A stretch of DNA of 5,074 nt from Amoeboradix gromovi X-113 (Eukaryota; Fungi; Sanchytriomycota), in assembly GCA_018985225.1 (NCBI GenBank), contig JADGIF010000696.1:1-5074 (forward strand). The letters are read 5' to 3'. The position numbers were made by a program, and so were the translations under genes. Positions 1 to 5,074 of this stretch are shown in pieces. A model generated the notes under the pieces. That model worked only from the letters and a program-made list of their open reading frames with translations. It was not told where the DNA came from and did no database searches. Within the stretch, counting starts at the first letter, position 1, and each line of letters starts with the position of its first letter.

Positions 1-349
1 AAATATAAAAACTAGACTAGCTTTCTGAGATAGTTTGAATAATTATTTCAAGTGTGTATTAACCGATAGTAAGTTACATTAAATTAATCTTATTGGTTGC
101 ATCTTTTGCTTAGACACTCAAAGACCTTATTTGAAAAATATAGTGGGTCATCTTGTTGTATTTTAAAGAGGGGAATGAAATTAATGAAAGAAAATTGGTG
201 TGGAAGAAGGAATTTTATTAATAATAGTATTTCCTCCTTATGGAGCACCTACATTAAAAACCACTTGGTCTAGTTTTTATATTTGCTCTGCCACATGCCC
301 CCACGACCTCTGACTTGGACTAGGAGTATTTTCTGAAATTGGGTCCCAA

Positions 350-574
350 ATGGAGGAGTGGAATCAAAAAGATTTTGAAGATCACGTTCACAATGTGGAG
401 TTTAATAACAGAAGAAACAGAATACACAAAGATATGATTAGAAATATTGAGTATGAAGACGATATGCAGCATGGCTTCAATACTGGATTTGAACATGGAA
501 TTAGATCTGGGAGAGCCATTGGGTCGCAAATGGCAAAAGTTGCATTGAATCTACGAAAGAATAGTCAATCATAG
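350..574 (+). CDS. Small Yae1/Lto1-like (GxxxG-repeat, Yae1_N-type) protein; 3' end uncertain
   Basis: MQHGFNTGFEHGIRSGRAIG has five Gly at 4-residue spacing and resembles yeast Yae1 LQEGFNDGFPTGAKLGKQVG. It is preceded by an acidic, Trp-containing N-terminus. The upstream GYxDG half of the motif is not evident, and 74 aa is short for the family. Confidence 0.5.
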   Translation: MEEWNQKDFEDHVHNVEFNNRRNRIHKDMIRNIEYEDDMQHGFNTGFEHGIRSGRAIGSQMAKVALNLRKNSQS

Positions 575-740
575 TCACTGAAATTTTGTTCCCAACTTCG
601 CTAGGAAAAAATCAGATACTTACTTGGGTTTTACGCTCATTTGGGACTTTGTGAAAATGAGTCTAAATTGATGATGCTCTTGCAAGTCTCATAATTAGTC
701 TCTGTTTTGCTTTCTTCCGGACAAGTTCTTAAACTTTTAG

Positions 741-1825
741 ATGCCTACTTTATGTGAATTCGAGAAAACTGATAATTTTTTGCTAAATTGAATTAAATAA
801 AACTACTTACTCAAACACATATTTGCAGTGTTAACACGCTCTAATATTTTAATTCCTTTACTTGACGCTTCTGTTCTATCACTGCTAGGATGTTTGGAAA
901 ACTGGTACTCGCCACACAATTTTGGTGCATCTAATTATTATGGCCTTTTTAGGGTTTGAGATACCGTTTTTGTCAGTTTCTTTAAATTTGGTATACAATA
1001 GAGTCCATGAACTGTCTTGCTGGGTGCCAAATTTTATCCCGAAAATTTACTGAAGCCTCTAGCATTGATCTAATATCATTTACTCTTGGCTTCCAGGCAT
1101 AAAAATGGTATTATTCCAATCCTATTGGATAATTAACTACTTCTCTCGTCAGCAACAACATTGGATATTTATCATTTTTGTATTCTTATCTTGACACGAC
1201 CCATGCACTCATTGGGGAAGATCTGCTAAAAATAGCTCCGTATGTTCTATAGTATCTGAAGCAGATGAAGTCATAACAGAGGCTTAAAGACCTTCAGTTT
1301 CACTTCGAATACCAGGTGCAGGCCGGAGCAAATAGTGTTAAAAGGTAGTTACCGAGACCTACAGTGTCAACTTAAAATGCAGACAGAGTAATTAGATAAT
1401 ATTGCTATTAGTTTACTTAAAGATCATGTTATCAGTCTAGATTCTGACTATTAATTATGTCTTGAAAAGCATGGCTGTACTCCACCGGAAAATCTCGCAA
1501 AATTCTGTCCAATGTGGTTAATATCAGCACTTGAACTCTCATCGTTCTCGGTTGACTTAATTTTGAAATGCTGGCATTTATCATAGAAATAGTGCTAATT
1601 TTTGACATTGCGTATCCTATTTCCCCAAACTACTATCTCTTGCTACTTTAGAGCTAGCGATCTAAATTTGTAACCAATGTCTAGTTCTAAAATAAATGGG
1701 GATGTCTAATCGTTTTTATTTGCACGTAATATATAGAAAACCTAATTTTCGGAAAAGCTGTAATAGTTGATCAAAAGATTGCGTCAACAGCAGAAACATT
1801 ATATGATTTTGAAGACACTAGTTGA
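741..1825. other. Unresolved region: possible decayed or multi-exon gene, or long intergenic spacer
   Basis: Several stop-free segments of 30-58 codons in changing frames (+801-956, +986-1099, +1133-1249, +1455-1583, +1730-1822; minus-strand ATG ORF 1608-1432, 58 aa). No family recognised. Confidence 0.2.
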
Positions 1826-1841
1826 CCGTCTACTTTAATTT

Positions 1842-1855
1842 AGCATGTTTATTCA
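1842..1855 (-). terminator. Putative polyadenylation/3'-end element TGAATAAACATGCT immediately after the MICAL-like stop
   Basis: AATAAA at 1853-1848 on the minus strand, 3 nt after the TAA. The 14-mer is 13/14 identical to the element downstream of the PfkB gene. Confidence 0.5.
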
Positions 1856-1856
1856 G

Positions 1857-3476
1857 TTACTTCCACTTCAAACCCAGTGCAGATCTGACTCGTTCCGGAA
1901 GTGAGGGTGATTCACAATTTACGACATCAAACATGTGGATATCTACATATAATGAATGAGCATACCTAGTAATAGGATCGGCGGTCCACACAGCTGAGTT
2001 GGAGCTCTGCAAGGATCCTTCACATATCGTCTTCCAATCCATTACTTTCCAACTAGCATTCCTTTCTTTCTGCACTATATCCAAATCGCGATAAACAGCC
2101 CACAATTGGGAGCAATATACTGCATCCAAAGTAGACTGAAACCCTCTATTTATTCCCAGTCCTTGTGGCCAGAATGGGTTTTGTAATGCATCCCCAATCG
2201 GAAATATCAGCGATTTGTTATTTTTATGTTCCAATATGGACATTTGATTAACACAAACACCTTTGCAAGAGAAGTCAAATATCTGTATTCCATGTTTACT
2301 ACTGAACTCACAACTCGAAGGCACCTTGCCAGCGTTAGCGATGTCCCTTCCAAATGCTTTTAATTTATCAACGTTTACATTGCATGGTTCTAAACAGTCT
2401 CTGATGGTAGGAAGCACACTATCAAATATACCATAGTTAATAAATGTTTGCTTTTTAACTGTTGCAACAAAGAAATGGTTATTAAAACCTCGCATATATT
2501 CCAAGTTTTCCAAGTCAATACCCAAATCCATTAGTATCCCCAATGGTCCATCTCTCCAGTCTGCAGCAGCCTTTGTCACAACATATTCCTGTAATTTCTT
2601 TTCTTCTGGTGTGTTATTGAATTGAAAGTTACAGATCACTCCAATTGATTCACCAAATTTACTAATTTTGCGATCATACCCTAAATTGCGGATGAGTTTT
2701 GAAGATTCACCTTCAGCTACCATTAATATATCAAACGGAATGCTTTTGTAATCACTATGTTGTCGCAAAATGGCACCGTCAGAAGAAATTGCTGTCTCGT
2801 AGTAATCTACTTTATTTTTGCGCTGCAGCTGTTCAACATTAGATTCACCAGGTTGGATAGACATTTCTTCCTGCTTTACAACTACCTTGAGATGCTTTCT
2901 AGCTTCCTGGGAAGGCAAAGTCCAGATATGAAACAAATTGTCCTTTGTGTACTCGGCATCTATTACGCCACATACACCCGTGTTGTAGATAAAATTTACA
3001 TTGAACAAGAGTGCTGTCTTCAATAAACACATTTGTATCTGGTTTATACCCAAATGTAAATGCCCATGCGGCTGAAAACTAGGAAAATAGTGACGAAGGC
3101 CAAAAGAAGTGAGGTCATTTATAGTGCATCTCCATGTTTTTATGACATTATGTCTACTAAATGTATCTCTTAACTCAACACAAGTGACATTGAATCCGAT
3201 CATTGCAGACTGAACTGCGGCTCTTAAACCGCAGGGACCGCAGCCCGATATCACTAGTTTCTTGTTATAAACCACTTCTTTATTTTGGGACCTGATGTTG
3301 TCCAAGGTTGTAAATAGACTTGACTGACGAAATGATAAGAATGGTAATATTTCGGTTTTGAGCGAGTGATACGTAGCTGACTTGGTGTTTTTAACTAATT
3401 CCTGATATGTTGACAAGGTATCAGACACATCAGAGGCTTCTAAAAAATCTTGGAACAGTGACTTGAAGTCCACCAT
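1857..3476 (-). CDS. MICAL: Stand-alone MICAL-family FAD-dependent monooxygenase ([F-actin]-monooxygenase-like catalytic domain only), ~539 aa, no intron needed
   Basis: Colinear match, from memory, to the MICAL MO domain along its length: N-terminal helical bundle (LFQDFLEA..TLSTYQEL..YHSLK..SLFTTLD), Rossmann VISGCGPCGLRAAV, ELRDTFSRHNV..W, GIDLENLEY..HFFVATVKKQ, IFDFS, GDALQNPFWPQGLGINRGF (MICAL GDxLxEPFWPxGTGxARGF) and terminal DPITRY (MICAL DPxTRY). The ORF track starts at a GTG (3581). I place the start at ATG 3476 (MVDFKSLF), where homology begins; ATG 3497 is an alternative. Stop is TAA at 1857-1859. Confidence 0.9.
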   Translation of the reverse strand: MVDFKSLFQDFLEASDVSDTLSTYQELVKNTKSATYHSLKTEILPFLSFRQSSLFTTLDNIRSQNKEVVYNKKLVISGCGPCGLRAAVQSAMIGFNVTCVELRDTFSRHNVIKTWRCTINDLTSFGLRHYFPSFQPHGHLHLGINQIQMCLLKTALLFNVNFIYNTGVCGVIDAEYTKDNLFHIWTLPSQEARKHLKVVVKQEEMSIQPGESNVEQLQRKNKVDYYETAISSDGAILRQHSDYKSIPFDILMVAEGESSKLIRNLGYDRKISKFGESIGVICNFQFNNTPEEKKLQEYVVTKAAADWRDGPLGILMDLGIDLENLEYMRGFNNHFFVATVKKQTFINYGIFDSVLPTIRDCLEPCNVNVDKLKAFGRDIANAGKVPSSCEFSSKHGIQIFDFSCKGVCVNQMSILEHKNNKSLIFPIGDALQNPFWPQGLGINRGFQSTLDAVYCSQLWAVYRDLDIVQKERNASWKVMDWKTICEGSLQSSNSAVWTADPITRYAHSLYVDIHMFDVVNCESPSLPERVRSALGLKWK

Positions 3477-3941
3477 ATGAAATTGAAGGAGAACCATACC
3501 AAAGTTTAAAACTCTAAAGCAGCTATTGAATTGAAATAAAGCATAAGTGATGATAACATGAATTTTATCGTTTTTATACACTTCATTTCCAACTTCTTAA
3601 CAACGAGATACTCTTTCTTTTCCCATCCATGGCGGTTGCTCCAAATCAGCTAGAATATACTGAGTCTAAAGACATCTCCAAGCGATATAGAACACTATAT
3701 ATTCAAAAACCAGTTTAAAAATTAAATTATCGTTTGAAACAAATGTAAAGTCTGAGTTAAATGTATTGTGGCATAACCAGTGATTGTGGAATTTAACTCG
3801 AAGTTTGTGTGTCCGTCTTTAATCCCGTAAATAGGTGGAGGTGGCGTGCCCAGCAACTGTTACCGATCGACTAGTTTAGTCAGCTTCTCAATAGAAATTC
3901 TTGATTTTCTGGAAAACGAGGACATTAGCAAGGTATCTATG

Positions 3942-3955
3942 AGCATATTTATTCA
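3942..3955 (-). terminator. Putative polyadenylation/3'-end element TGAATAAATATGCT downstream of the PfkB-like gene
   Basis: AATAAA at 3953-3948 on the minus strand, ~60 nt after the TGA and preceded by T-rich sequence. 13/14 identical to 1842-1855. Confidence 0.5.
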
Positions 3956-4013
3956 ATAAAAAGATTAAATAGATAATCTGCGCGCAACATCTGCAAAAGA
4001 ATAGTCGAATGTA

Positions 4014-5006
4014 TCAAAATAAGAACGGAAGCATTCGCTTTACTTCAAGTTCTTTTTCTTTGTATATTTCAAGTCTTTCTTCCATTGTTGAATTGTTAAA
4101 CAATCCATTATCATAGCTAAAGGGTCCAAACTGTTCCAGAGTTAGTCCTGCAGCAATACTTCCCATTCTGCATCCATTTACTATACTTTCAAAGCTATTA
4201 TCATGAACAGACAAATAAGCGGTCAACGCGCCTAGAAAAGTGTTTCCACAACCAGTAGAGTCAACTATTTCAGCATCGTCAACACCTATAAGCAGCCTGC
4301 TCGTGTAATAAGGTGGAATATATGCAATTTTACCATGAAAATTAACTAAAGACCCATAATATGAACATCTTAGCACAATAATAGCACTACCTATAGATAT
4401 TAGTTTGGATACTTCAATAAAATACGACATGGTGTCTGCTATTGAATCATAGGATGGCATTTTATGTTTAATTAGTTCCAAGGCTTCAATGTGATTCGGA
4501 GATGTAATGAATACGCTTGAAGTGCAATATTTCCAGTTATTCCATAGCTCAGATGCATTTTTCAGGTCATCAGGGTTAGGCTCCCAAACGATAAATCTGT
4601 TAGGCCATTCTTCAGCCAGAGGTTTTATTCTCTTCCAACCAAGCACACCATGAACATGAGTTATAGGCCATTCAGTGGGAACATCAAAACAACTAGTACG
4701 AAAGTGATGATAATCTTCAAACTCAGTCACTAATTCAAATGTCAGATGATTATTTTTAAGTGTTATTAAAGCACGTGGGGTTTTGAATGGCTTTAGCACC
4801 TCTAGAAGTGTAATCCCTAAACCTCGCAATGGAGTTGGATCAAAATCGTCACCATACTTTGCGACATATCCCACCCTGTCTGTAACTGCTTTCATCCCGT
4901 AGGTTGCATATAACCCTCCACCCCCTAATAATTTTGTATAGGTGCGCTCTTTTAGATTCATGTCGTCGTAAATAATTCTAGAAATGGATAAACAACATGG
5001 TTTCAT
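4014..5006 (-). CDS. PfkB/ribokinase-fold protein, fungal Mak32-like subfamily (probable atypical or pseudo-kinase), 330 aa
   Basis: N-terminal IIYDDM..LGGGGLYATYG (PfkB GG motif), GDDF, IVWEPNP, SPNHIEA (NxxE), VLRCSYYG, IPPYY and C-terminal signature VDSTGCGNTFLGAL. The WEP motif and the GxGN variant are what I recall from fungal Mak32-like proteins. The frame stays open upstream to the window edge with no further ATG, but the first conserved strand directly follows ATG 5006. Stop is TGA at 4014-4016. Confidence 0.85.
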   Translation of the reverse strand: MKPCCLSISRIIYDDMNLKERTYTKLLGGGGLYATYGMKAVTDRVGYVAKYGDDFDPTPLRGLGITLLEVLKPFKTPRALITLKNNHLTFELVTEFEDYHHFRTSCFDVPTEWPITHVHGVLGWKRIKPLAEEWPNRFIVWEPNPDDLKNASELWNNWKYCTSSVFITSPNHIEALELIKHKMPSYDSIADTMSYFIEVSKLISIGSAIIVLRCSYYGSLVNFHGKIAYIPPYYTSRLLIGVDDAEIVDSTGCGNTFLGALTAYLSVHDNSFESIVNGCRMGSIAAGLTLEQFGPFSYDNGLFNNSTMEERLEIYKEKELEVKRMLPFLF

Positions 5007-5038
5007 AACACCCGCTGGACTCCTCGTTAAAAGTCCTG

Positions 5039-5058
5039 ATTTTCGAGAAAATCGAGAA
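5039..5058. promoter_or_regulatory. Palindromic ATTTTC-GA-GAAAAT with tandem TCGAGAA; imperfect heat-shock-element-like site upstream of the PfkB-like gene
   Basis: Inverted repeat at 5039-5052 containing TTCnnGAA. TCGAGAA occurs at 5043-5049 and 5052-5058, about 33 nt upstream of ATG 5006. Only two correctly phased nGAAn units are present. Confidence 0.25.
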
Positions 5059-5074
5059 TTTCCACAGAGAAACT

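Noticed and set aside
320-529. 69-aa minus-strand ORF
   Set aside because: Antisense to the better-supported 350-574 ORF; its hydrophobic composition is what the reverse complement of purine-rich codons gives.
575-1856. Downstream MICAL exons encoding CH, LIM or coiled-coil domains
   Set aside because: In the minus-strand frames I translated, I saw no LIM Cys/His spacing or CH signature, and splicing from the GTAACT at the stop terminates within about 9 codons.
2757-3026. 89-aa plus-strand ORF
   Set aside because: Codon-aligned antisense shadow inside the MICAL-like CDS with no recognisable motif.
3477-3581. N-terminal 35 aa of the 574-aa ORF-track call
   Set aside because: It begins at GTG, unlikely as a start in a eukaryote, and lies upstream of where MICAL homology begins. 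Probably 5' UTR, although ATG 3497 cannot be excluded.
3864-3881. Short palindromes CGATCG and GACTA-GTT-TAGTC
   Set aside because: Too short to exceed chance; no tRNA or other ncRNA fold recognised.
1857-5006. Bacterial operon or functional cluster (sugar kinase plus flavin monooxygenase)
   Set aside because: Both proteins resemble eukaryote-type subfamilies, are separated by ~0.5 kb, and each has its own AATAAA element. No functional link is evident beyond adjacency.
1-5074. Genome-wide TAA/TAG-to-Gln reassignment (as in ciliates or Amoeboaphelidium protococcarum), suggested by long TGA-free frames at +1-336, +350-757, +890-1447 and +1377-1904
   Set aside because: The two real CDSs contain about 26 Gln codons and no in-frame TAR. 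The MICAL-like gene ends at TAA followed by AATAAA. An equally long TGA-free frame from minus-strand ATG 3946 runs out of frame deep into the MICAL CDS, so such frames arise by chance here.

Overview
AT-rich, gene-dense window that looks eukaryotic, most likely an intron-poor early-diverging fungus or fungal relative (taxonomy is inference). Two uninterrupted minus-strand genes are well supported. The first (1857-3476) is a complete MICAL-type FAD monooxygenase domain with no CH, LIM or bMERB domains. The second (4014-5006) is a PfkB/ribokinase-fold protein of the fungal Mak32 type, with Asn in place of the catalytic Asp. A short plus-strand ORF (350-574) has a GxxxG ladder resembling Yae1/Lto1 and may be spliced further. 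Both minus-strand genes are followed by a near-identical 14-nt AATAAA-containing element. Bases 575-1856 cannot be resolved into a gene. The most notable feature is the stand-alone MICAL-like enzyme, with a ~50-aa insertion, in an apparently non-animal context. No rRNA, tRNA, CRISPR array or mobile element was recognised.
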